Assembly: GCF_006345805.1 (NCBI RefSeq)
Contig: NC_043014.1
Location: 5,952,001 to 6,016,000, forward strand
Length of the DNA stretch: 64,000 nt
Source: Octopus sinensis
Taxonomy: Eukaryota
Direction of reading: 5' to 3'
Shown: piece by piece, positions 26,201-40,175 of the stretch
How the letters are laid out: the number at the start of each line of letters is the position of its first letter
Numbering within the stretch: the stretch's first letter is position 1
Translations under genes and position numbers: made by a program
The notes under the pieces: model-generated
The model's input: the letters and a program-made list of their open reading frames with translations, nothing else
Told to the model about the DNA's origin: nothing
Databases searched by the model: none

Positions 26201-26312
26201 ATGTTGTTATTAAATTTTATTTGATATTCTTGGGAACTGTAATATTCAGTGTGGGAAGTATTTCGTTCAACAGACGAATACACTCACACAAAAACACACA
26301 GACACACACACA

Positions 26313-26404
<92 letters not shown>

Positions 26405-26734
26405 GAATGGTTGTATACTGTCAATCTAACGTGAACGTGACAGTAGGGGGTTACATATATATATGTAAGATACAAAGTATACATTAAGTGAAAACTAAAT
26501 AATATAATTTAAACTGTGTATATTAAATTATATTATTATTAATTAATTAATTAATTTATTTATTTTATAAACATGTAAATAAAATCTTATACTCTTTAAG
26601 TAGTTTATATGAAAAACCTTAATGTTACTTAAAATAGATAATATTAGTACAAGCTATAAATATTAGAATTAAAAATAGGAAATGGTTCAAATATATACAC
26701 ACCTATTATATAAATTAACTATATTATTAATATA

Positions 26735-27113
26735 GGAAGGAAGCACTCCGTCAGTTACGACGACGAGGGTTCCGGTTGATCCGAATCAACGGAACAGCCT
26801 GCTCGTGAAATTAACGTGTAAGTGGCTGAGCACTCCACAGACACGTGTACCCTTATCGTAGTCCTCGGGGATATTCAGCGTGACACAGAGAGTGACAAGG
26901 CCGGCCCCTTGAAATAGAGGTACAACAGAAACAGGAAGTAAGAGTGAGAGAAAGTTGTGGTGAAAGAGTACAGCAGGGATCACCACCATCCCCTGCCGGA
27001 GCGTCGTGGAGCTTTAGGTGTTTTCGCTCAATAAACGCCCGGTCTGGGAATCGAAACCGCGATCCTATGACCGCGAGTCCGCTGCCCTAACCACTGGGCC
27101 ATTGCGCCTCCAC
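26735..27113 (-). mobile_element. tRNA-derived SINE with 10-bp target-site duplication
   Basis: TSD tattaatata at 26725-34 and 27114-23. The head matches family A, while the 3' body (aggaagcactccgtc...gacaaggc) differs from the 3821 and 53371 copies. Confidence 0.9.
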
Positions 27114-27289
27114 TATTAATATATATGTAGTATCTATAGATTTAGTATTTTAATCAATAATATAGTTAACCAAAATATCAATTAATATTCAACCAATTTA
27201 CTTAAATGTAATACTACGTAATAAATAGACCACCTAACTATTAAATAATGTTTTGTCTTACAAAACTAATATTTTAACAACGACATCAA

Positions 27290-27320
27290 TAACTATAATA
27301 ATAATTATTATTATTATTAA

Positions 27321-27366
<46 letters not shown>

Positions 27367-27391
27367 ATTATTAACATTATTATTATTATTA

Positions 27392-27431
<40 letters not shown>

Positions 27432-27490
27432 TATTAACATTATTATTATTATTTATTATTATTTTATTATTATTATTATTATTATTATTC
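27290..27490. repeat. (ATT)n/(TAA)n microsatellite
   Basis: Direct reading; it abuts the 3' end of R4-like element A. Confidence 0.95.
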
Positions 27491-30400
27491 AGTAGTTTTA
27501 TTTTTATAGAGTGCTTTCACTTCACTACCGAGCGCAGCTCTGTGTGCCTTGGGTATGTGCTGTGATTTGTTGTGATGCTCTGATGGTTATTGTATGGAAA
27601 GTGTTCTGCGTAGGATGTGTGCAGTGCCAAGTAGTGCAATTTTCTGTATGTTATATGTGTTTGTAAGTCCTGGTGTTTTTGTTATGTATTTGTCTGAATA
27701 TTTTTTTATCATACCTAATGCACCTACTATGATAAGAATTGTTTCTGTTTTTAGATTCCACATTCTGGTTACCTCTATTTCCAGGTCTTTGTATTTTGAA
27801 AGGTTTTCCATTTCTTTTAGAGACACGTTGTCATCTGCCGGTATTGATACATCAATTAGAAAGCATTCTTTTTCTTCATGATCTCTGACAACTATATCTG
27901 GTCTGTTGGCCTTAATTTCTCTATCTGTGTGTATCGGCATATCCCAGAGTATGGTTGCTTTCTCGGTTTCTGTGACCTTTTCTGGTGTGTGCCTGTACCA
28001 TCTTTTTTCTGTTGTTATTCCATAATGTTGGCATAGCTTCCAGTGTATGTAGGTTCCAACTCTGTCATGTCTGTGAATATATTCCTTCTTAGCCAGGACT
28101 GGGCAGCCAGAGACAATATGATTTATTGTTTCTTGTCCGTCTCCACATATTCTGCAGTTACATGTTATATTTCTTTTCATTACATGTTTTTGGTAATTTC
28201 TGGTGGGGAGGCTTTGGTCTTGTGCTGCAATTAAAATCCCTCTGTCTCTGCTTTGAGTCCTGAGCTTCTCAACCATTGCTAGGATTTTTCTTTGTCTATT
28301 TCTTTTGCGTTTAGTTTAGTCCAGTATTACCATGAAGGGGCTTTTCTTGCCATCGTTTTATCATGTTCGTTGCTGTTCTATTTTTAGTTGGATTTCATTG
28401 TTTTATAGCTTTTGTTGTTTCTTCATCATCTTCTTCTTCTTCTTCTTCTTCTTCTTCTTCTTCTTCTTCTTCTTCTTCTTCTTCTTCTTCTTCTTCTTCT
28501 TCTTCTTTATCATATTTATTAGGTGGTATGATTTCTTGTTTGTATTTGTCAGTTTCCTTAAATACTGAGAACAGTTTTTGTTTTGCTCGTGTTTTGCCGC
28601 TATTTGTATCAGTTTTCCTTCCTTCTGAAGTAGATATTTTTGCAGTCCTATGGTGGTTATTTTATAGTGGTTTTCCAGCTGTATAAGGCCTCTACCACCT
28701 TCTATACGTTGCATATATAGTCTTTCTATGTCAGACTTTGTGTAATGCATCCTAGTTCCTGTCATTATTTTTCTTGTTTTCCTATCTATTTTGGTCAGTT
28801 CATTTAGTGTCCAGTTAAGGATATTGTAGCTATAACTTATAACTGGGACAGCTAAAGTGTTGATACCTTTTATCTTGTTTTTAGCATTGACCTCTGTTTT
28901 TAGAATTGATCTAACTCGTCTATAATATTCTTTTTTTATTTTCTCTTTCATTTGTGTGTGTTGTGTCTTATCTAGTTCATGGATTCCTAAGTATTTGTAA
29001 GTTTGGCTTTGGTCTAATTCTTTTATTTCGTTGGTTTTATCTAGTGTGATATTGCTACTCTTAACTAGTTTTCCTCTTTTCATGGTTACTTTGGCGCATT
29101 TTTCTAATCCAAATTTCATATCTATTTCTTTGGTAAATCCATGAACTGTCTTTAATAGTGTTTCCAGCTGTTTGTCATTTGCAGCGTATAGTTTTAGGTC
29201 ATCCATATATAAAAGGTGGCTGATCGTTTTGCCGTAACATTTATATCCGCATCCAGTTCTATTTAACATATCAGATAGAGGTGACAGTGCCAAGCAGAAA
29301 AGGAGTGGAGAGAGCGTGTTTCTCTGAAATATTCCTCTTCTAATGGGGATGGCTTTGGTTTTCATGAGTCCCTCTTTTGTTTGGAGCTGTAGTACTGTTT
29401 GCCATTTATTCATAGAGTGCCCTATGGATTTTATAATTGTTGGTGCTACTTTGATAATGGCTAATGTTTCGAGGATCCATGTGTGGGGGATGCTATCAAA
29501 CGCCTTTTTGTAGTCGATCCAGACCATACTGAGGCCTTTCTTCTTTCTGTGGCTGTCTTCAGTTATGGCTTTATTAAACATTAGTTGATCTTTACAGCCA
29601 TATGAGCCTTTGCGACATCCTTTCTGCTCTTCTGGAAACAGGTTGTTTTCGTTCAGGTGCTTGTTCAACCTTTGCGATATCACTGCAGTAAATGCCTTGT
29701 ACATTGTAGGGAGACAGGTTATTGGTCTGTAGTTTTCTGGTTTTGCTGTCTCATTTGATTTGGGAATTAAGATGGTTTTCCCCTTCGTGAGCCATTCAGA
29801 CATTGTCTCTGGCTCTGCTAGTATGTTGTTAAAGTTTTCAGCCGGCTTTTTGTGCATTCCTGTTAGATATTTCAACCAGAAGTTGGGGATCTTGTCATGG
29901 CCAGGTGCCTTCCAGTTGCTTAGTCTTTGCAGTGCCTGGGTAACCTCTTCAGTTGTTATGGGGGTCCAAAGTTGCTCAGATGCTGAGTTTGTTGTTTTAA
30001 TACTCCTTTTTTTTTTGGTTGTTCGTTCGCCGACCATATTTCTCTCCAGAATTCTTCCACTTCTTCAGCCGTTGGTGCTGCAGTGATTTCTATTTTATTT
30101 TTGCCAAGTTCTTGGTAGAACTTTTGGGGGTTGGAGTTGAACTTTTTGTTTTGTTCAAAGAAGCGCTGGCGTTTCTCGTACCCGCGGATCCTTTGTGCTT
30201 TGGCAAGGATATCTTGCTTCAGCTTTTCTTTTATCTCAGGTAAATCTTTTTCTGTGATGTTATATTTGCGGAGTATTTTTTTTTCTTTTTGTTGCAGTAG
30301 CGTTGATTGTCTACTGATTTCATTAAGAATCGACAGATTTTCTCTCATTTTTTGTATTTTGTTTTGGATGTTATTTATCCACAGGGTTTGTTGGGTGGTG

Positions 30401-31640
30401 GTACTCCTGTTTGGATGGGTTTGAGTGAGTATCCAGCTTCTTTTGTGGCTGCAGGGCTGCTGCGTATACTAAGTCATTTAGCTCAGTGATATCGCTTTTT
30501 GTTTCAGTGGCTATTAGTTCCGTGACGGCTAGGTTTATGTTGTTATATTGGTGTTGTTGTTTCGTCTATTTTGATTTTTGGGAGGTATGGTCGGTGGTCC
30601 ATTTTGAGCTCTGTGGTTTTCAGTTCTTTGACTATTTTACTTTTTATATTATCATAATCATTAGGCTCCCCTTCGTTGTTTCCAGGTTTTAGATTTGTGT
30701 CGCTTTCTTCTTATTTATATGTTTGTTGCCGTGTTTTGGCTTGCTGTTTGTCGTGTATTATTATGCATCCTTACGGTCTGGGTTTGTTGTTTTTGTTTAC
30801 ATCGTGTTTTTGGAATTTTACGTTTGTCTTCGTGTTTTACTGTTTCAGTGTTTATATTATTGGCATTGTTGTGTGGCTTCTATCTACATTTTCCTGGTGT
30901 ATTTTTTCTTTTCGATGTTCTATTTCTATTTCTGATATTTGTTTTGCGTTGAGAATGTTTCTTCGTACGTTAGCTAGTTTATTAGGGTTCATTGCTGTAT
31001 CCAAGTCTATATTTATGTTATTTTCCTTCCATATTTTATATGTATGTGTTGTTGTGTTTTCATTTTTTGGGTAGAGCACTGCTGTGAAGTATGCGTGTAG
31101 GATAGAAATGTATTCCTCACGTTTCCATTTATGTCTTTTGGGTTTTATTTGCGGGACATGAGGAACAACGTCCGGCCCATTATTTTGACGGTCGTCATTT
31201 TCGTAGGGTACCGGTCCGTTCATTTCTGTTCTCAAATTGTTTTGCACGTGTAGTTTTTCGTACATTTTGTGTTGTAAGTTTAAAGTACGTACCTCCTGAT
31301 TGTTATTCTTGGGTTGAATAATATCGGTGGTATTTAATTTCTTCGTAGTTCCTTTATACATGGTGTTTGGGGTCGGGGATGATCTGGTGTTGATAGATCG
31401 TAATGTTCCACGCATGTTTACATGTGTTGTGTTTGAGGTGGAGATGATATCGAGTCAAAATACATCATTTCGTTTCGAAAATAGTAATAAATTTCAATGA
31501 GTATTACTTACTTGGGTACAGTCCAATCCTTTGTTAGTAAATCTTTGGCTCCATACGATGTCCTTGTTTTCGATGTGTGTGGATAGATTTCGGAGCTCTG
31601 TTTTACGTTCTTACATCTTAAACGTCCCCCGGTGTCTCTC
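27490..31640 (-). mobile_element. R4/Dong-like RLE-type non-LTR retrotransposon A, full length but disrupted
   Basis: N-terminal KWKREEY motif (30852-31415). RT NYRPITCL, IDYKKAFDS, YMDDLKLY (28403-30037). CCHC CRICGDGQETINHIVSGC and RPDIVV...IDVSIP nuclease (27587-28276). Several frameshifts; the 3' end runs into (TAA)n. Confidence 0.9.
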
Positions 31641-34600
31641 TTATTATTTTTTTTTTCATCTTTCAAATTTACTTCCATTTCTTGCCGAGTGTCTTCCCGA
31701 CTCCTAGGGCAAAGAAACTCATATTATACATTGGTAGGCCATTAAACTAAACTCAATAGTTCGTTCATTTTTTAAAAAGTTAAATTAAAATACATGGGTA
31801 GTAATAGTTCTCACATCGACAATGCTCTTCTCAATACGTGTGATGTACCAGTTAAGACAATCTTTTGCACTTCTTGCAGGGATGGTAAGCCAGAGATCAT
31901 TCTCATATCATTTTCGGTTTCCTTCTTGATCACTGGTATTGTAACCGCCTTGAGATGCCACATTTTCTCAATTTCAATGAGCAGGTCTTTATATTTTTTG
32001 AGCTTGTCAAACTCTTTCGCCGAGATATTATGATCACAGGGGATGCTCATGTCGATCAATAAGCAAACTTTATTGTTTTGGCCTTTCACAACAATATCTG
32101 GTTTATTGGCTTTGATGGTTCGGTCTGTATGTACTGGAAAGTCCCACAGGATCGTTACATTTTCTCCTTCAGTTACAGCTTCAGGGTGGTGATTATACCA
32201 CTTGTCGGCAGTTTTGATATTGTAATGCCGACTTATTAGCCAGTGTAGATATTGGCCAACTCTGTCATGTCTTAATTTATACTCCACTGGTGCTAAGACT
32301 TTACATCCAGAGATTAGGTGGTCCACTGTTTCAATCATGTCGTTGCAGAATCGGCATTTTGGGTCTGCCCCATTTTTCATCACATTGGCCTGGTAGTTCC
32401 GGGTTAATAGGCTTTGATCTTGAGCAGCCAGGATGAAACCTTCGCTCTCTGCTTTTAGCCCTGAGCTCCGTAGCCACTGATGGGTTTGCTTCTGGTCAAC
32501 ATCAGCTTGTTTGCTGCGGACCACATATTTGCCGTGCAGAGGTTTCTCCTACCACCTATCAGCCAATTGCTCGTGCGCTTTTTTCGTTGCCATTATTTTC
32601 ACCTTCTTTGCAACAATAGTTGCCGTACTTCCCTCGGGTTGTTCAGTTTGGGTATCCTGCACGAGATCAATAGCAAATGTTTTGCTTTCCTTTATGATAG
32701 AATGAAGCTTCTTTCGTCTCTCGGGATTTTCCACAAGCTTTAGCATCCAGTCATTCGTTATTGCAAGATATTTGGCCAGTCCAATTGTGGTTGTTTTGTA
32801 AGCTAGTTCAAATTGGATCAGGCCTCGACCTCCTTGGGCTCTGGGAAGGTAAAGGCGATCTACGTCTGCCTTTGGATGGTGCATCCTATTACAACTCAGC
32901 AGCTTGCGTATTTTCTTATCTATATTCTTTACTTCACTCATATTCCAGTTCAACACATTGTAGCTATAAGTAACAACTGGAACTGCTAGGGGATTTATAG
33001 CTAACACCTTGTTACGTGCATTTAGTTCAGATTTCAGGACTGCACGAACTCTCCTATAACATTCCTTCCTGATCTTCTCTTTCATGCTTGCGTGCTGAAT
33101 ACCAGAGCCTTCATTTATCCCTAAATATTTGTATGTTTGTTCTTGCTCAAGCTCTCTTATGACTGTGTCAACATCTAACACGACTGAATTTGTGGTCTTC
33201 ACTTTCCCTTTGTGGAAAGTGGCCTTGGCACACTTCTCAAGTCCAAACTCCATCCCGATGTCATCGCTGAATGCTTTCACAGTGCGCAATAGGCCTTCAA
33301 GTTCATTATCGTCTTTACCATAGAGTTTTAAGTCATCCATATAAAATAGATGGCTTATTTTTTTATTGGCAATTTTATACCCATACCCTGTTCTGTTTAA
33401 TTCACTTGTAAGGGGTATTAGGGCTATGCAGAATATTAAAGGTGAAAGTGAGTCACCTTGAAAAATTCCACAGTTGATGTTTATACTTTCTGAGGCAAGT
33501 ACTCCATTAGAGTGGTATAATTGGAGATTCGTATTCCACAACGACATATTGTGCTTCAGGAAGTTTGAAATCACAGGGGAAATTTTGAAGATGTCTAGCG
33601 ATCTCAAGATCCATGGATGCGGTATACTGTCGAAGGCCTTTTTATAGTCAATCCATGCGGAGCTGAAATTTCTGCGCTTGTTGTGACAGTTCTCAAGGAT
33701 CATACGATTAATTAGCAGTTGATCTTTGCATCCGTAAGAGCCTCGGCGGCACCCTTTTTGTTCAATGGGGAAAATATCGTTCTTCTCCATGAATGCATAT
33801 GTTTTCTCCGCCAGGATAGATGTTAGGATTTTATACGTGGTGGATAGACAGGTTATAGGCCGATAGTTTTTTGGAAGGTTGGTTTCGTTATTCTTTGGGA
33901 GTAGGTAAGTAATACCACTTGCTAACCATTCAGGTGTTTTCTTTGGGTCTCTCATAATTCCATTGAGCAGCTGAACTACCTTACCGTGTGCGCATGGGAG
34001 CGATGCGAGCCAGAAATTCGGCACCCTATCTTTACCGGGGGATTTCCAATTATGGGCCTTCGTGAGTGCCTTTCTTAGATCTGCTATTGTGATGTCTTCC
34101 CATGCTTGTTGTTGTAAATTTTGGTAGGATCCTTCAGTTTGTATAATCCAGCCTGCATTTATGTTGTACGTCTTCTTGTCACTCCAAATCCTTTTCCAAA
34201 AGTTTTGAACTTCTTCCATGGGAGGGGGGGGGTCTTTAACGGTTACTTTCTCCTTCCCTATTTCTCTGTAGAATTTTTTGGCATCGGATGTGAACAGCTT
34301 ATTTTGCTTGTAAAACTTGTTTCTCTTCTCAAATCTTCGTATTCTTTGGGCTTTCGCTTGGACTTTTTGTTTCAGCGTTTCTTTTATTGATATCAGTTCT
34401 TCACTTGGTGAGGATCCAAATTTTCTCTTCATCTTTCTTCCTGTTCTGGATCTTACATCATTTCCACATATTAGTTCATTTAATATTGATATTTCCCTTC
34501 TCATAAATTCAATCTCTTTTTCAATTTTACTTCTCCAGGTTTGATTTCTTCCCAGGTTTGGTTTTCTTTGTTTTTTCGGAGGCATACAGCTGGTTTCAAT

Positions 34601-35500
34601 TGCCCTAGCAGAAGCGTAAATAATTTCTTTTAACTCAGTAAAATCAGGTTTTAATTCTTGTATTATTTCATTTGTTACATAGTTGCCAATTTTGATTTGT
34701 TTTTTATTTTGGTTTGTATTTGAGAGTTTATGAAGTGGTTCTCTATGATTCATACTTGTATGTCTTACAACTTCAAGCGTATTCAGGATTTTCTGCCTCA
34801 TTTCTGCCATAGACTCTCTGTGTTCTTCAGCAAATGCGAGATCTTCAGTTACTGTTGTTTTATCAATTTACTGGCTATCTTTAACAGGTTCAATAGAATT
34901 TCTTGTATCTTCAGGCCTTTGCGTATTTTGGTCAGATGGCAGTCTTTCAATTAAGCCTCGTGGCGGGCTATACTGTTCATCTGATTCTTCATTTCCTTAG
35001 TGTCTTATATTTATGTCATTTTCCGTTGCGTGCTTGATCGCGCTTATTTCACTGTCTGTCAGTCTGTTATTTCTAAGGATATCCCTCCTCACATTTGCCA
35101 ATTTGTTCTCGTCCAAATAGGGCCTACTGTCTTGATTCCGTGTTCTCCATATACTGTAAGAGTTTGCGGCGTGTCTCTCTTGAGATGGCCTACCTAATGC
35201 ATAGTAATAAACGTATATTACTTCTTTATACTCTTCGCGGGTCCATTTGTTCCGCTTACATTTTTCTTTCTGTGGTGGTTGTTGTGGTGAACTTGGAGGG
35301 CTCGAGTTAGGGAATTTCCCGTTCAAGTGACCATTCAAGTCCGTATTCGGAGAAGAGTTTGTGCCAGTTGATGACTTTTCGATCCCAGGCTGGCTCTTCC
35401 CTGGGGGGCGCGCGATTTGGTATACTGATTTAGTTTTCCTTTTAGTTTCCAAAAACATTTTGGCGCTACGATAATGTTATCCTTTTTGAGCTTTGATTGG
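31641..35500 (-). mobile_element. R4/Dong-like RLE-type non-LTR retrotransposon B
   Basis: KWTREEY N-terminus (34997-35458), 753-aa RT ORF (FQGDSLSPL, YMDDLKLY), CRFC...HLISGC and KPDIVV...IDMSIP (31811-32524). The 3' end is aaaaaataataa directly before the 5' end of element A. The 5' boundary is uncertain and may reach ~35950. Confidence 0.9.
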
Positions 35501-35897
35501 CTCGTGGCGAGACAGCCATCATTGCCGTTACAATTATAATCAGCTGTAGTCTGCTTATTATTGTTATTATCATCACCATTATTATCACTATTATCATTAT
35601 CGCCGCTATTACTATCATCATTATCATCATCACCATCACCATCAACATCATCATCAACAATGATATTGTTTTATGTGTAGTCACAGCAGTATCTTATTAT
35701 TGTTATTTTTGTTTTTTATCATTATCACCATCACAGTAGTGTCTGTCTGTTTCGTTGGCTGGCTGGCTGGGTGGTTGGCTGGCAGTGTGGTTGGCTGGCT
35801 GGCTGTCTTCAACGCCAGAATTCTTGCTTGTCAAATAATACTTTCATATTTGGTTAACGTCTAAAGAGCCGAGGTGAGGTTTGTGTTGGCTGAACTC

Positions 35898-35935
<38 letters not shown>

Positions 35936-36009
35936 GATAGATAGATTAACAGCACTATTACTATCATTATTATCATCATCATCATCACCATCATCACCAT
36001 CACCATCAG

Positions 36010-36012
36010 TGA

Positions 36013-36062
<50 letters not shown>

Positions 36063-36063
36063 C

Positions 36064-36112
<49 letters not shown>

Positions 36113-36125
36113 TATTATTATTATT

Positions 36126-36156
<31 letters not shown>

Positions 36157-36190
36157 TATTATTATTATTATATTATTATATTATTATTAT
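36010..36190. repeat. (TTA)n microsatellite
   Basis: Direct reading. Confidence 0.95.
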
Positions 36191-37507
36191 AATCAAACTT
36201 AATACAATTCAAAAGTTAAATAATATTGTTAAATAAAAAACGTTACTTAGCTTGTCGATGAAAATAATATAACTGAATTTTAAACGTAAAAATGTTGGTC
36301 TTAGCGTTTATAAGAAGTTAAACTCATGAAGACGTTGTGTAAAAAAATAGAGTAAAATTATCAATGAAAATGACAAAATATATTTATTAATGAAAAAGAC
36401 GACAAATATTTACGCTTCATGAAAAAAAAATAGAATAACAAAATAACAATAAATGACAGTTTACTAAAAATTGAGTTCCAAATAATTATTACGTAAAATA
36501 TACATATAATATTAAAATAATTTATATTACTATAACTAATAGGTCTTAATAAAATTATATATAATAATTTATGTATTAGGAAATATCTCAGTTTGAAATT
36601 ATTCAAATATATTAATATAACATATAATAATATAGTAAATTATACACTAATACTATTAAATTATATCTACAAAAAATAAATAAAATAAAAAGAAATTATA
36701 CATACGAAAAAATAAGTTAGACATATTATATAGGTAAATAAATTTATGTTAGCATTTAATTTTAAATGACTATTTATTATAAATTTAAAGTACAAATAAT
36801 AAATAAGTAAAATATATATATTATGTTTAAATTAATTTATATTACTATAATTAATATATCTTAATAAATTTATATAATCATTTATTTATTAGCTAATTTA
36901 TGTTTACATTTAATTTTAGTTTACTCTAATGAATTTACTAACACATAATTGTTATTAAGTGATATTTCTTTGAATTGATTATTACACAATGAACAATAAT
37001 TACTCCCTATACAATAAAATTTAGCCCTACAAATAATCTCCCAAGTTAATTTATATTTAATAGATCTAGATTTAAGGTGCCAAATATACTTACTGAGACC
37101 TGCTGAATTTGTTAGATTTTTATTCCTAAAATAATACGTGTTGAGATACTCTTGATTTAATTTTATTCGAAGTGGACCCTATATAAATAGTGTTTAAATT
37201 ATGTTAATTCAAATTCTTATCATCTAGTTACCATATACTTATAGACTACATTATCTATATTAGAATTATTATTAAAATTACATGTAGTCTTATCCCTACA
37301 TGTACAATAAATTATATCTTGGCCTTTATTGTTATGATTATTGTAATCAATATTTTAATCTATCTTTGTAGAATTTATTTAATTTAAATGTATTAAATGA
37401 AGAAATAATATTACCAACATTATTAGTAGTTGAATACCCAACTCCAAAATTATTAGTAGAAAAAGTGTTATAATATTTTTCATTATCCCTAACAAATATT
37501 TCAATTA

Positions 37508-37881
37508 CTAGCAGTATCACCCGGCGTTGCTCGGGTTTATTTCGAACTTTTAGAATTGGAATTTTTGAAAAGTAAATATTTTGCATTATGTAGCTTGTTA
37601 TTCTCTTTGAGAATTTTTCTGGTTGAAATACACCGAAAAATGGCAACACAGCAGTCAAAAGATCGTAAAAAATAGGGATTTTCATTTTAAAAAATCACCT
37701 TTTTGATGTAAATAATTTTTGGTGTTAACATATTTTCTTCGACGAAAGGAAGAGCACGCCTTTTTCTATCATACTCTCAATTTTGGTCAACTTGCGCCGA
37801 AGGGTCTCGGAGGAGATAGTATTAGTTGAAGGCTACCAAACCTGCCATACACAGACAACTTCAGCTTTATATATAGAGAGA
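37508..37881 (-). mobile_element. Non-autonomous Helitron
   Basis: Same termini as 24565-24961 (5' TC, hairpin cccgagcaacgccggg, CTAG, A/T insertion site) with a different interior. Confidence 0.8.
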
Positions 37882-37961
37882 TATTTAAAATCTCTTTAAT
37901 AAGATTTGTTTTAACCTGAGCCCCAAAAGGAAGGGTTAACCATATTTTATTTTTATCTTCA

Positions 37962-38026
<65 letters not shown>

Positions 38027-38559
38027 TTTTTTGTAATATTATTAAATTACAGTGACAACGGATTGTAAATGGTGACTGAAATGAACACACAGTGTTCGAT
38101 GTAGAGTAAACACCCCATATATTCTAATTCATGAACATAGGTAACTAAGTGCTGTATTTATTGAGTAAAAGCATACAGAGACAGTAAATATTAGTAAGAG
38201 ATTGACTGCCGACTATTATCCGCCTTAGTGTAATCTCTTAGTCTGTCAGCTTAAGGCAATTCCGGTTCTTCTATTCTGAACCAGCTACTCCCCACCTCTT
38301 CCGGTTTCGAGCTTATGCCCTTTAAGCATGTACGCAGTCTGCTTAACAACAGATTCTACTTGTCTCTAAACCCTACCCGGATCCTCTACTGCTTTCCAAT
38401 CCCGCTTTACATTCATCCTAAACACTACTGCTCTCACTTAACCTTACATTTCTTTCTCCTATCCTGTTCATGAATCGAAAATGTAGTTGTATCAAATAAA
38501 GTCTACATGATCATAACGTGTATCTAGGTGTGACTCGTCCGAAACTAAGCAATACACTT

Positions 38560-39200
38560 AGACACCTGCTACGGTATGTGCAACTAAACGAGGTGTAACC
38601 ATCTGTCACCCACCAGTTCTCTACATATCGCCGTCTCTGGTTTGGTCCTACACGAACGTTCTCCTATGTCACAGTTCAAATGGGAACAACATATTTTCCA
38701 TTTCGGGAATAAAACTACATGAACAACCTCCTTCACTTCTCAATCTTATGACATTCTCACGGAAACATCGACACCTGTGGACACAGGCAAAATAATTCAC
38801 TTCCCAATCACAAATACCTTCGCATGTACGGACCACATATGTACCAAAAGTATGTCCAACGTTGAAATATATCACCCTTTCATGCACTATCCTAAAAAAA
38901 AGCTTATACTTAACATCACTAAACCAGGAAAATTTCCACAAAAAAGAAAGAAAGATTCCCACACGAACCATTGTAACTACCATGGAAGTTATCGAAACTT
39001 TACACTCCAAGCACCGTTATCCTCTCGTAACAGATATTTCACACCTACTTAAGAAATACCACAAAATGTTGGCTACCTAACTCCTAATCAGGCTACAAAG
39101 ACACTGAAATTTACACGAAATAATTTTCAGATGTGTACAAATGTAGATCTGATTAACTATTTTCAACCTATATGTACACATACCCACTCCAGCAGCGTTC
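38560..39200 (+). mobile_element. Possible ancient Penelope-like RT remnant
   Basis: Weak motifs only (TIVTTMEV, LKFTRNNF). Partial similarity to ~48890-49020. Confidence 0.2.
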
Positions 39201-40175
39201 ACTCTCAAAACCTCATACTCGGGTTACATTACATTCACAACCACTCATTGTTGATTGGAAACTAATGTGCCAAAATAAAATAATGAAACCACGAAGAAAT
39301 ATGACTACACTTCAACAGCAGCAACAACACCACAAAGCATCAAGCTCAACAAATTATCTCATTCTATAACATAAAACTATGACACTCGCAGAAAAGAAAG
39401 TTGCTACGAGATACATATATACAACAACTATAACACACATAAAAGGCATAGTAAAGAAAGAAACACATCGTATACAATATAGTCAGGACAAACACATTAT
39501 GTGGTAACGGTGCAACATGTTGAGTGTTTCACACTATACCAAGCATGATTCATCCATGTATGTCGGAGTTTGTAGAATGGCTGCAACATAAACGAAGATA
39601 ATTTATCCGATTAATTGTGTGCCATACGAATGTTCAATTGTAAAAATGCATGAATAAAGAATTATAATAAAGAATTATGAAACCACCAAATGTAAATTGA
39701 CAAATAAATATATGGGAAAATTCAACATAGCATTTCCAGTCAACAGTTTGAGTGGCTAGCATTGTTTAGGCATAAGCAATTTTTATGTTCGTTAAAATAT
39801 GCTAATGACATATCTCAAACACTAAAGGCAGATCCAATGCAAAAAAAAGGTGCAAAAACAGCATATCTGTCCACTGCAAACACCTGTCGAATTCCCAGAC
39901 ACGTTTGTAAACTTTTGTCGTTATCAAAATGATAAACCGAAGAGAGAAATCTCTGGGAAACTTAAAGTCGTAGCTTTAACTAAAACACAGTCAATATCAA
40001 TGAGCAAGTTACACCATGAGGCTAAGAGTGATTGAAACCCGCCTTCGTTAGCGTAGATGACTTCAAACATATGCCCCTGCAACAACCGCGGTTGTTCGAA
40101 CGAGCCCGATCTTTTCTGCATATTTATGTGTGTGTGTGTGTGTGTGTGTGTGCACGCGGGCGTGTTTTTGTATGT

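Noticed and set aside
36190-37500. Mitochondrial insertion (NUMT) suggested by extreme AT content
   Set aside because: No recognisable mitochondrial protein, rRNA or tRNA motif on either strand.
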